Source: Pirellulales bacterium (GTDB lineage: Bacteria; Planctomycetota; Planctomycetia; Pirellulales; UBA1268). From it: a stretch of DNA of 64,000 nt. Shown piece after piece: positions 19,292 to 27,672 of the stretch (the stretch's first letter is position 1; each line of letters begins with the position of its first letter). The notes beneath the pieces were generated by a model, which ran no database searches, had not been told where the DNA came from, and worked only from the letters and a program-made list of their open reading frames with translations. The translations under genes were made by a program, and so were the position numbers. The DNA lies in the NCBI GenBank assembly GCA_965249545.1, contig CBDFMH010000005.1, forward strand, positions 512,328-576,327. The letters run 5' to 3'.

Positions 19292-20293
19292 ATGAAACTC
19301 GTACTCTGCTTGCTGGCAGCTCTTCCTTCCTTCTTCTTTTTGCGCGCACAAACGCCTGAAGAACGAATTCCTTCCCAAGGGACGCCCGTTTATTTGCAGG
19401 ACCATCATCTTCTACTTGCATCAAATACAGCTGAAGAGTCTAAGGCAGAAACGATACAGGCAACTCGAATCAAAAAACGCATCACAAAAGCTGAAGCTCC
19501 ACAAAATGGCACCCAGCATATTTTTAAGACCATAGGTAACATTGATTTACCGCTTTATGTCTTTCAAAATCAACAGCCGCAAGTGCATAACAAAAGACCG
19601 GCTATTGTTTTTTTCTTTGGCGGTGGGTGGACTGGAGGAAGCCCGGTTCAATTTGAAAAGCAATGTGAACACTTTGCAAAACGTGGCATGGTAGCAATTA
19701 CTGTCGAGTATCGCGTTTCATCACGACATGCAGTAAAAATTGATGACTGTATTGAAGACGCAAAATCTGCAATGCGATGGGTGCGAGCCCATGCTGACGA
19801 GCTAGGCATCGACCCTAAACGAATCGCAGCTGCTGGCGGTTCTGCTGGAGGACATCTCGCAGCTTGCACCGCAGTTATGGAAAAATTTGATGCTTCTTCA
19901 GATGACAAAGCAATTAGTGCAAAGCCAAATGCCCTCGTGTTATTTAATCCGGCACTTGCCATTGCCTGGGATGAACGGATGCCACAAGAAGTGCGTGCAA
20001 TAGCACAGCAGAAAATGCGTGGCCGTTCACATGTACCTATCCAAGATGTGTCACCACTTACATACGCTTCTACAAAACAGCCTCCCTGTATCATGTTTTT
20101 CGGTACTGCTGACCGTCTTCTTCAAGGTGCTCAGTTGTATCAAGAAGACTCAACAGAGGCAGGCAACCTCTGCGAGATAGTCACCTATGACGGAAAGGGG
20201 CATGGTTTTTTTAATAGTGGCGAACACTACGACCTTACTCTGGCGGCAGCTGACACATTTTTTATCGACTGTGGGTGGCTCTCCAAAAAATAA
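19292..20293 (+). CDS. Alpha/beta-hydrolase fold esterase/lipase (Aes/hormone-sensitive-lipase-like)
   Basis: Signal-like N-terminus. FFFGGGWTGG oxyanion motif. GGSAGGHLA nucleophile elbow. GKGHGFF near the C-terminus. Confidence 0.85.
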   Translation: MKLVLCLLAALPSFFFLRAQTPEERIPSQGTPVYLQDHHLLLASNTAEESKAETIQATRIKKRITKAEAPQNGTQHIFKTIGNIDLPLYVFQNQQPQVHNKRPAIVFFFGGGWTGGSPVQFEKQCEHFAKRGMVAITVEYRVSSRHAVKIDDCIEDAKSAMRWVRAHADELGIDPKRIAAAGGSAGGHLAACTAVMEKFDASSDDKAISAKPNALVLFNPALAIAWDERMPQEVRAIAQQKMRGRSHVPIQDVSPLTYASTKQPPCIMFFGTADRLLQGAQLYQEDSTEAGNLCEIVTYDGKGHGFFNSGEHYDLTLAAADTFFIDCGWLSKK

Positions 20294-20748
20294 AAATATC
20301 ATCAATAGTCGTAAAAAAATTTCTTATGACTTCACTGCAATATACACTTCTTACTTCGTTCGTTAGCGAAGATCACCGCTAGCACACATTCGAAGACTAC
20401 GATTCTGCTCGTGATGATCTCCTTCGACAACACGATTTTATGAGTGTGGTTCGTTGTGACTGCTCATTTCAAGATGTTCTTTTTCAAACGGATTACGCTC
20501 ATTCCTTTAACAGCGCTGCAACCTGCTTTCATGTTCACTCATGAAGCATCCTCACTTGACTTCCTGCGACTTGCTACAGCTACGTAACTGTGATGAATCC
20601 AACGGTTTTTTGTACATTTCCACCCAACTCAATGAATAAATGGCGTTGCTGTAGATTTCATGTTTCGTCATCGTCTTCGATTCATGACGACTCATGGCAA
20701 CTTGGGTGTGAGTTATGGCAGCATTCTTCGATTTGCAGGAGGTTTACA

Positions 20749-21363
20749 TTGAACGAAAGCAAAGTTACTGAGAGTTCGCTTCAAATCCCTGAACAAGCAG
20801 GGAGCCCAGTGCACCTATCTGCTCTAGACACTACGGCAACGTATGCTCATTGGTATGGCAGGCACCCTTGGTTCGCTTTTATTTTTGGCTCACCACTTCT
20901 ATTTCTTATATTCATTGCAGGAAACTGCTTTATCTTTTATTTGTTCCTGAGTTTTGCGGCTGAAGGTCGCACCGTCGAAACAAGCCCACTAATAATGCAA
21001 ACGGTATTATGGGCCAGTCAAACAATTGCTTTTGTGCCAGCGATCGGGGCAGCTTTGCTACTATGCTGGATGGTCAAACGATCGGGCAGACGTCGGGTTT
21101 GGGCCCTGGCTGCGTGTGGCATAATTGCTCTACTTGCAAGTTGTTTGTATGTTTCCTGCACATTGCCTCAGACCGAACCGGGAACTGGAAAGTTTATGGT
21201 TTGCTTCGCTGCGAGCCCACGTTTTTGGGAGAGTGACTTCTGGTATGCAAGTCAAGCCGTCGTGCCATTGATCATTGGGGCACTATTTACTTTTTCTGGC
21301 CCTACACCGAAAGGTCCGGCCCCGAACGCAGCTGATGCTGAGCCAATGCGAGTCGCCGCGTAA
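20749..21363 (+). CDS. Hypothetical multi-pass membrane protein
   Basis: Four hydrophobic segments. TTG at 20749 is preceded by AGGAGG 6 nt upstream. The ORF-track start at 20590 adds a Cys/Ser-rich, non-protein-like leader. Confidence 0.5.
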   Translation: MNESKVTESSLQIPEQAGSPVHLSALDTTATYAHWYGRHPWFAFIFGSPLLFLIFIAGNCFIFYLFLSFAAEGRTVETSPLIMQTVLWASQTIAFVPAIGAALLLCWMVKRSGRRRVWALAACGIIALLASCLYVSCTLPQTEPGTGKFMVCFAASPRFWESDFWYASQAVVPLIIGALFTFSGPTPKGPAPNAADAEPMRVAA

Positions 21364-21546
21364 GCACACCCTGGAGCGATCCTGTTTCGACAAGTTTGAA
21401 AGTAAGGATTCAAACCTGTACGGATCTAGCGAAGCAGTCGGGGATGCTGCTTTACGACGCATTTGGACAAGAGACTGCGTTTGCATGTCCTTCACGACAC
21501 CGCGACAACTTGAAGCCGGGGGAGATATACCCGTGCTATCTAAAGT

Positions 21547-21858
21547 CTAATTCTCCTCACTGGTCCCAGTGTTTTTGGAAACAAATTCCAAGCCATATTC
21601 TATGGTTGCAAAATGTTCTCTTACTTCTGAAGGTGTTTTTTCAATTCCTTTTTCAGCCAGATAATTTCTGTAAATCTCACTATCACGTTTGTTCAAGTCT
21701 TTTAGTTCTGCAAATTCCTTGAGACTCCCTTCCTCCTTTGCTTCTCTTATTACATTTTTCAACAGCTCATACGACCGTTCACAACGAAAGTCATAACCAA
21801 ACGTGTCAGACATATAATCAAAGAATTGTTCTTTACTTGGCTGGTTCATCGGCTTCAC
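21547..21858 (-). CDS. Hypothetical small acidic protein
   Basis: 103-aa ORF with protein-like helical composition. No recognised motif. Confidence 0.5.
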   Translation of the reverse strand: MKPMNQPSKEQFFDYMSDTFGYDFRCERSYELLKNVIREAKEEGSLKEFAELKDLNKRDSEIYRNYLAEKGIEKTPSEVREHFATIEYGLEFVSKNTGTSEEN

Positions 21859-22063
21859 TCCATGGACATTCCTGCGGGCAGTGACTTCTTTTTCGCCGCA
21901 CCAATCTTTCTTTGCCTACTTATTCGTTTCCAGGGGAAAATAGCAACTGGATCAAAGACATGCATTCAAGAGAATCCCTACTATAATTTTAAGACAGAAA
22001 TAAGTCATCAATAGTTTTTAAACAGCTGACTGTTGAGTAGTTGACCAATGAAATCATGATGGA

Positions 22064-23296
22064 GTGATTGTTATCAAAGATCACACGTTTCCCGAATCAA
22101 TGCCGAAGGTCCCGGTTCTAATCCTCAATGGGTTTCTCGGATCAGGAAAAACGACACTTTTAACAAGTTTGCTTGTGCAGTCTCATAAGAGGCAGCTTTC
22201 TATTGGTGTCGTAGTCAATGACATGAGCGAACTAGATGTCGACGGCCTGCTTGTCGCCCAGACAGAGTTTTTTGAAAAAAATGATAGTAATTTTCAGTCT
22301 ATTTATTCTTGCGTATTGAGCAGCAAAAAAGGGCTTAAAAAACTCAGCGATTCACTGAATCAGATGATGCTAACAAACGCTCCAGAACTGCTTATCATTG
22401 AGACGTCGGGAAGCTGTCATCCCATGCCCCTGATCGAATTCTTCAGCAAACAGTCACAATTCAAGCTTACTGGCGTGCTGACTCTGGTCGATACCGCAAT
22501 GATTGATCAGGACTACGACTGCGGCAAGCAGCTGGTTCCTACCATGCAACGCAATGTGCAGACTCAGCAGCGAGATACGACAAATTTACTGGTGGAACAA
22601 ATACTTTTCTGCAGCCATCTGGTGCTCACTAAAGTTGACCGAATTCAGAAAACGAAGATTCCGGAAATTGCCCAATCCATTCACGAAATAAATCCATTTG
22701 TGTCTATTATTTCTGTACCTTGGGGAAACCTTCCTATCGATGATGTACTCACGATGCCTGAATATGATTTCCATAGAGTTTCGCAGCTAATCAAAGAACT
22801 CAAGCCCACTTTCGAAGTAGAGGGCCACGATGACGAGCCATACAATCTCGTCGCAAACGTTATCAAGGACGATCGCCCGTTCCATCCACAACGTTTGTGG
22901 GATACGTGCCAACAGCATCTTGGCCAGCACATCTATAGAAGCAAGGGTTTCTTTTATCTCCCAAACCGTGACAAGCTGTCACTCCTTTGGAATCAGGCTG
23001 CCAGTGGTATCAACCTGCAAGTAATCGGTTCCTGGCGTGCGGGAATTCTTGAAGATGAAGATAATGGTTTGGATGAGATGGAAATAAAAGGTCTCGAAAA
23101 GATGCTGGCAAAAGAGCCTGGACGTTTTGGTGACCGTCGCTGCCATTTGACCGTTATCGGTGACAAAACTCAGGTTGATTGGTTTACTGAGTCACTTCAG
23201 CGATGCTTTTTAACTGAACATGAAATTGAGCACTGGAAATCTGGCGGAACATTCCCTGACCCTTGGCCCAATAATTACGTCACAAGGGAGTGTTAA
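22064..23296 (+). CDS. COG0523/CobW-family G3E GTPase paralogue lacking the CxCC metal motif
   Basis: Walker A GFLGSGKTTLL, IIETSGSCHPMPL and LTKVD motifs. SCVLSS (22307-22324) sits where GCICCT normally lies. The start may be the ATG at 22100 (MPKVPVLILNGF). Confidence 0.85.
   Translation: MIVIKDHTFPESMPKVPVLILNGFLGSGKTTLLTSLLVQSHKRQLSIGVVVNDMSELDVDGLLVAQTEFFEKNDSNFQSIYSCVLSSKKGLKKLSDSLNQMMLTNAPELLIIETSGSCHPMPLIEFFSKQSQFKLTGVLTLVDTAMIDQDYDCGKQLVPTMQRNVQTQQRDTTNLLVEQILFCSHLVLTKVDRIQKTKIPEIAQSIHEINPFVSIISVPWGNLPIDDVLTMPEYDFHRVSQLIKELKPTFEVEGHDDEPYNLVANVIKDDRPFHPQRLWDTCQQHLGQHIYRSKGFFYLPNRDKLSLLWNQAASGINLQVIGSWRAGILEDEDNGLDEMEIKGLEKMLAKEPGRFGDRRCHLTVIGDKTQVDWFTESLQRCFLTEHEIEHWKSGGTFPDPWPNNYVTREC
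22066..22085 (+). promoter_or_regulatory. Candidate Fur-family (Zur) operator upstream of the COG0523 paralogue
   Basis: Sequence TGATTGTTATCAAAGATCACA. Shares the 9-mer AAGATCACA with 26898-26906 and a TTATCA half-site with 26762-26767. It is upstream of the gene only if the start is the ATG at 22100. Confidence 0.25.
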
Positions 23297-23378
23297 CAAT
23301 TCTTTCCTATTACGAATTAACACGCCTCTCAAATAACATCTTTATTGAGAGTACAGGGCTTGCTTTGGGAATAAAAAC

Positions 23379-23984
23379 TTATCTCCAAAGTTTTTCCCAA
23401 AATGTATTCGCTATTTGAAATGACAATGCATGCCAAGCAGTTGCAAATTGTTCTGCTGGTATAAAAGGTCGCTTGCCATTGTCCCATTGAGTCAATGTCT
23501 GTTGGCGGTATGTGACCCCCAATTGTTCGACGACATTGACTTCATAGCTGTGAATCCAATTGATAAGATCTACAGTCAAACCAGCGCACACCTTTCGTTC
23601 TGACTCGGCAGGCAGATGAAGAGCAGGCAGGTCTTCATCTGACCACGGCGGATTTTCAAGTGTTGCATGTGTTGTGTATTTTGGTTGAAAATCATAGCGG
23701 GGCACAAAGATACCGCCATGCGCTGGATCTCCAAAGAACACACCAAATCCGCGAAGGACAACACACTGACCGCGGGGCAGTTCGAGAGAATAAACGCTGG
23801 GGCAATCTTCTCGATTCTCAGGCGGCTCAATCCGCTTAAAGCCAATATCAATGAGCCAATTACCCTTGGGCCGCATAATATCGCAACCCCAGCACCATAT
23901 CTGTTGGCTCAGTAAAACTTCCGCATACTTGATAAGGTCGCTGCGCGTGCAATTCTCATTTATTGCCTGAAGATCGACTGACAT
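23379..23984 (-). CDS. Hypothetical protein (last gene of the COG0523 operon)
   Basis: ATG at 23984 (MSVDLQAINEN) lies 1 nt after the upstream stop (23986-23988). No recognised family. Trp/Cys-containing WCWGCD segment. Confidence 0.6.
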   Translation of the reverse strand: MSVDLQAINENCTRSDLIKYAEVLLSQQIWCWGCDIMRPKGNWLIDIGFKRIEPPENREDCPSVYSLELPRGQCVVLRGFGVFFGDPAHGGIFVPRYDFQPKYTTHATLENPPWSDEDLPALHLPAESERKVCAGLTVDLINWIHSYEVNVVEQLGVTYRQQTLTQWDNGKRPFIPAEQFATAWHALSFQIANTFWEKLWR

Positions 23985-23985
23985 C

Positions 23986-24300
23986 TCAATCAGCCTCGAC
24001 GGGCCAAGCCGCCACAAGATTTGCTATCAACCACGACGACGCTGCACATAGCTGCAACCAATCACCACTCGAACTGATCCCGTAAGCCAGGACGCTAGCA
24101 ATCCAGCAGATACTCGCAACCGTTTGTCCAAGCCATTCAATACGCAACACACGCGCGAGCCAAGCTGGAGATGTGTTTCGGCCTATTTTCTTCTCTACAA
24201 TCCCGCTGGTATCACCAGAACCATTCAGCAGCACGGAAGGCATTTGCTCAACAGCATTTCGTTCATTCCCAATCAACATGTCTCGCACTCCTCTCCGCAA
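23986..24300 (-). CDS. Hypothetical small membrane protein
   Basis: Two hydrophobic segments (WLGQTVASICWIASVLAYGI, WLQLCAASSWLIANLVAAW). Start uncertain; internal ATGs at 24279 and 24243. Confidence 0.4.
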   Translation of the reverse strand: MRRGVRDMLIGNERNAVEQMPSVLLNGSGDTSGIVEKKIGRNTSPAWLARVLRIEWLGQTVASICWIASVLAYGISSSGDWLQLCAASSWLIANLVAAWPVEAD

Positions 24301-25403
24301 CAGGAAAGGTCATCCAGATACATGCCCCATTGGCGATATGACTCGAGGTCCTCTGCAGGCAATCCCAGCGACGTCGCAATTGCCTTCGCAACAACGGCAA
24401 AGCGTTGCCGATACTTGTAGATAAAGCAAAAGACTAGATTGTCATGACGAACAGTCGGCCCACAGAGATACATTCCTGACGTGATGGTCGATTCATCATT
24501 CTCACTGAGAAGAGGAAGGCCGTCATCTCGATGCTCAAACAAATTTGAAACGATCTTGTGACTCCCTTCAAAGCCACCCGCTAGCAACGGCTGAGTCGGG
24601 GTCTGAAATGTTCTTCCATCCTTCGTCTCAACTTCATAGCCAGTATCAACCTTGGACACTGCTGCCACCCACGTGTTTGGAAAGAGCTCTACGTGATCCT
24701 CAAACCAATCTTCTCGCATTCTTTCCTGTGAATATGTAGACAGCGCAACACTTGGATCAGAACTCTCTTCTTTCCATGGGCAACCTCTGTCAAACAGTCG
24801 AACCCGTTTGTCGCGATACGACAAATGATAGGCCGCATCAACACCACTCTCATAGCCACCAATCACAATGAAGTCATCTCCCTCAAGACCCTCATAACTT
24901 GGGATTGTGGCCGTGTGGCGGCATAAATCACTACCTGGAAAAGCATTGAGCCGTGGATACTGAAACTCACCAGCGGCCCAAATCACATGCTTCGCTCGCA
25001 AGGTTTCTTCGCCCGTCTCAATGCAGAATTCATCTTCGATTTTCCTGATCTGCTTCACATCGACGTGCTCACGTACAGGAATCTCAAAATGCTGAGCAAC
25101 GCCCTGCAAGTGTGCGGCATACTCAGCGCCCGTAGGATGCTCAACCTCTAAGGCGTATGCCGGTGACACACCAATCGCTATTGAGTTCAAATCAAGCATG
25201 CCGATTGAGTTGCTCGGAAATGATGGTGTTATAAATCGAGTCTCAGCTGGCCATGCAGCAAACGAAGCGCCTACAATGTCTCGATCAAGGACGACAAAAT
25301 TCTCAATTCCGGCATGACGGAGAACAATTGAAACACCGAGTCCTGCGGGACCACAACCAACGACTATGACGTCATAGACCTTCGCGTTTGTTCCAGACTT
25401 CAT
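24273..25403 (-). CDS. FAD/NAD(P)-binding oxidoreductase (flavin monooxygenase-like) with Cys-rich C-terminal tail
   Basis: YDVIVVGCGPAGLG dinucleotide-binding motif and a second Rossmann-like FIVIGGYESGVD. C-terminus LSCCGEECETC. The start overlaps the upstream stop (TGATG at 25401-25405). Confidence 0.85.
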   Translation of the reverse strand: MKSGTNAKVYDVIVVGCGPAGLGVSIVLRHAGIENFVVLDRDIVGASFAAWPAETRFITPSFPSNSIGMLDLNSIAIGVSPAYALEVEHPTGAEYAAHLQGVAQHFEIPVREHVDVKQIRKIEDEFCIETGEETLRAKHVIWAAGEFQYPRLNAFPGSDLCRHTATIPSYEGLEGDDFIVIGGYESGVDAAYHLSYRDKRVRLFDRGCPWKEESSDPSVALSTYSQERMREDWFEDHVELFPNTWVAAVSKVDTGYEVETKDGRTFQTPTQPLLAGGFEGSHKIVSNLFEHRDDGLPLLSENDESTITSGMYLCGPTVRHDNLVFCFIYKYRQRFAVVAKAIATSLGLPAEDLESYRQWGMYLDDLSCCGEECETC

Positions 25404-26653
25404 CAGGCGATTTCCTCAGTTTCCAGTTCAATTGGCGGTAAAGGATCTTCAAACTCTGACCAGACACTCGGGCTCTGAGCAAACTCAGTATCTGTTAACA
25501 AACAGCTATCAAGAATTTCCTCAACGCTTTGCTGTTCTAGTCCTTGACCTATGAAGACCAGTTCCTGATGGCGGTCCCCATGCTCTCCTGAACACTTTGA
25601 GTGGATGTCTGAAATCATTTCCTCATCGTCTGGCCATGCATCATCAGGAGCTGCTGCCCACCAGAATCCAGCTGGATTCATACGTACCGAACAGCCGGCC
25701 TGTGACCAGTCGTATGCAAAGTCATGACGAGATGCGATCCACATCAAACCCTTGCTACGGAGTACACCGCGAAACAAACCGTCTTCGAGACCACCACCCA
25801 AAACATCATGCAGCCGCTTTGGATGAAAAGGCCGATCACGCTTATAGACAAAACTGGAGATACCATATTCTTCCGTCTCGGTTTGTTCGTGTCCTCTCGG
25901 AACCACAAGCCAATTAGGCATTCCCTCTGCCTCGGCTAGCTGGAAAAGACCGGTGCCCAAAATGGCAGACAATGGAACACGACCTTCTGTCGCATGCAAG
26001 ATTTTTGCATTTGCATTCAGTCGATGAATAATCTGCTCTAATTGCTCGAGTTCATACGGTGAAATGAGATCTGTTTTGTTAATAACAATCACATTTGCGA
26101 ACTCAACCTGGTCGACTAGCAGATCAACAATATTCCGATTGTCCTCATCATCCAGACCCATGCTACGGTCAGTCAGATCATCCCATGAGCCAAAATCATT
26201 CATGAAGTTTCCGGCATCGATGACAGTCACCATCGTGTCAAGATCCGCGATTTGTGAGAGGCTGTTTCCCTCTTCATCTTCAAAAGTAAATGTCTCAGCG
26301 ACGGGCATGGGTTCACTGATTCCAGTGGACTCAATAAGCAGGTAGTCAAACTTGTTCGCACGGGCTAACCGAGTAACCTCAATCAGCAAGTCTTCCCGTA
26401 AGGTGCAACAGATGCAACCGTTTGTCATTTCTACGAGTTGCTCTTCAGTCCGTGAAAGATTGGCTCCGCCATCACGTATGAGCGATGCATCAATATTTAC
26501 TTCGCTCATATCGTTCACAATAACTGCCACCCGTAAACCTTCACGGTTCGCGAGGATGTGATTCAGAAGTGTTGTTTTTCCTGCACCTAAAAACCCACTT
26601 AAAACGGTAACGGGCATACGGCCCTGTGCTTCTGTCGGATTGACCTGTTTCAT
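25403..26653 (-). CDS. COG0523-family G3E GTPase (putative zinc metallochaperone)
   Basis: [11 protein letters not shown] Walker A. Canonical GCICCT (26402-26419). [20 protein letters not shown] at 26653 is preceded by GAGGAG. A longer alternative start is at 26737. Confidence 0.9.
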   Translation of the reverse strand: MKQVNPTEAQGRMPVTVLSGFLGAGKTTLLNHILANREGLRVAVIVNDMSEVNIDASLIRDGGANLSRTEEQLVEMTNGCICCTLREDLLIEVTRLARANKFDYLLIESTGISEPMPVAETFTFEDEEGNSLSQIADLDTMVTVIDAGNFMNDFGSWDDLTDRSMGLDDEDNRNIVDLLVDQVEFANVIVINKTDLISPYELEQLEQIIHRLNANAKILHATEGRVPLSAILGTGLFQLAEAEGMPNWLVVPRGHEQTETEEYGISSFVYKRDRPFHPKRLHDVLGGGLEDGLFRGVLRSKGLMWIASRHDFAYDWSQAGCSVRMNPAGFWWAAAPDDAWPDDEEMISDIHSKCSGEHGDRHQELVFIGQGLEQQSVEEILDSCLLTDTEFAQSPSVWSEFEDPLPPIELETEEIA

Positions 26654-26752
26654 TGTGAACTCCTCAGCAACCTGTTTCCCGGCGTACTCGACCGACTCGC
26701 GCGGGAAAGCAATTGACGGGCGAAAGGATTCCGTCATTTTCGGCGGAATTAC

Positions 26753-26771
26753 TTGTGTTTCTTATCACAAA
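26753..26771. promoter_or_regulatory. Candidate Fur-family operator (inverted repeat) in the COG0523/regulator divergent region
   Basis: TTGTG-N8-CACAA (26753-26757 / 26766-26770), containing TTATCACAAA. Confidence 0.3.
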
Positions 26772-26888
26772 TGAATTACACTTACAACTCTATTGCATAT
26801 AAATCAGTTATGATCACGGTTTCCTCACATGTCTGTAAAAACATATGATCTCTGGAGCGTGTTTTTAGTTCTCAGGGACCAACTCATC

Positions 26889-26910
26889 GTTTTGTTTAAG
26901 ATCACAAAAC
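26889..26910. promoter_or_regulatory. Candidate Fur-family operator (inverted repeat) just upstream of the regulator gene
   Basis: GTTTTGT-N8-ACAAAAC, a perfect 7-bp inverted repeat enclosing AAGATCACA (26898-26906). Confidence 0.35.
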
Positions 26911-26965
26911 TGTTTTGGAGCGTTGTAAATTATTCTGGAGCGATCCCTCTGCTATCGGAGATGCA

Positions 26966-27397
26966 ATGAATCAAAACGTAAATAGTCAAGAATGGGCCCG
27001 AGAAAAGATTCGGTCTGCGGGGCTAAGAGCCACCCCCGCGAGGATTGCAACACTGAGGGTACTTCATGGCTCTGAATCTCCTCTCACTCACGCAGAGGTT
27101 TCAGACGAACTACAAAACCTTGAGATTGATAAAGCAACTGTTTTTCGAAACTTGACTGACTTAGTGGCCAGAAATGTGCTACGTCGATCAGCACTTGGCG
27201 ATAATGTTTGGCGATTTGAAATAATTAAAGAATCTGCTCAAGAACATGATTCACACCCACATTTTATATGCGTCGATTGCGGTTCTGTATCATGCATGGA
27301 GGACGTTGAATTGAAGCAAAAGAGTAAATCCACCAGTCCGCTATTCAAACATGTCACAGAAATTGTTCTTCGAGGCCACTGCACCGATTGCACATAA
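26966..27397 (+). CDS. Fur-family metalloregulator, probably Zur by context
   Basis: Winged-helix segment ATPARIATLRVLHGSESPLTHAEV. SHPHFICVDCGSV and GHCTDC metal sites. Divergent from a COG0523 gene. First ATG at 26966; the ORF-track TTG is at 26915. Confidence 0.85.
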   Translation: MNQNVNSQEWAREKIRSAGLRATPARIATLRVLHGSESPLTHAEVSDELQNLEIDKATVFRNLTDLVARNVLRRSALGDNVWRFEIIKESAQEHDSHPHFICVDCGSVSCMEDVELKQKSKSTSPLFKHVTEIVLRGHCTDCT

Positions 27398-27436
27398 CCC
27401 ACCCTGCGATTCTCACACGACATGGTCGGGATACCC

Positions 27437-27480
27437 TCTCAAACGTGTTATCTATTACGAGCACAACAACATTGCCATGC
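27437..27480 (+). repeat. Intergenic repeat family, short core copy D
   Basis: TCAAACGTGTTATCTATTACGAGCACAACAACATTGCC matches the cores of copies C and A. Lies about 40 nt after the regulator stop. Confidence 0.4.
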
Positions 27481-27672
27481 CTAGTGAGTCGGGTGTAACT
27501 CTAAGATAGTCGAGCAAAACGACACGCTCCAGCGGACCTGATGTAGGTGCATATCGAAAATGGCTAGTCTGTTCATCATCATGGAATCAATATGAGTTCG
27601 TGCAGAGTAGCAGTAGCGGTAGAGACACCTCAATGGAACCACTCTTTATTGATTACTGATATCAGATGACTC

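Noticed and set aside
23307-23315. CTATTACGA 9-mer (core of the repeat family) 11 nt after the stop of the CxCC-less COG0523 gene
   Set aside because: Only the 9-mer and a few flanking bases match the repeat family. This is too short to separate from chance without a profile search.
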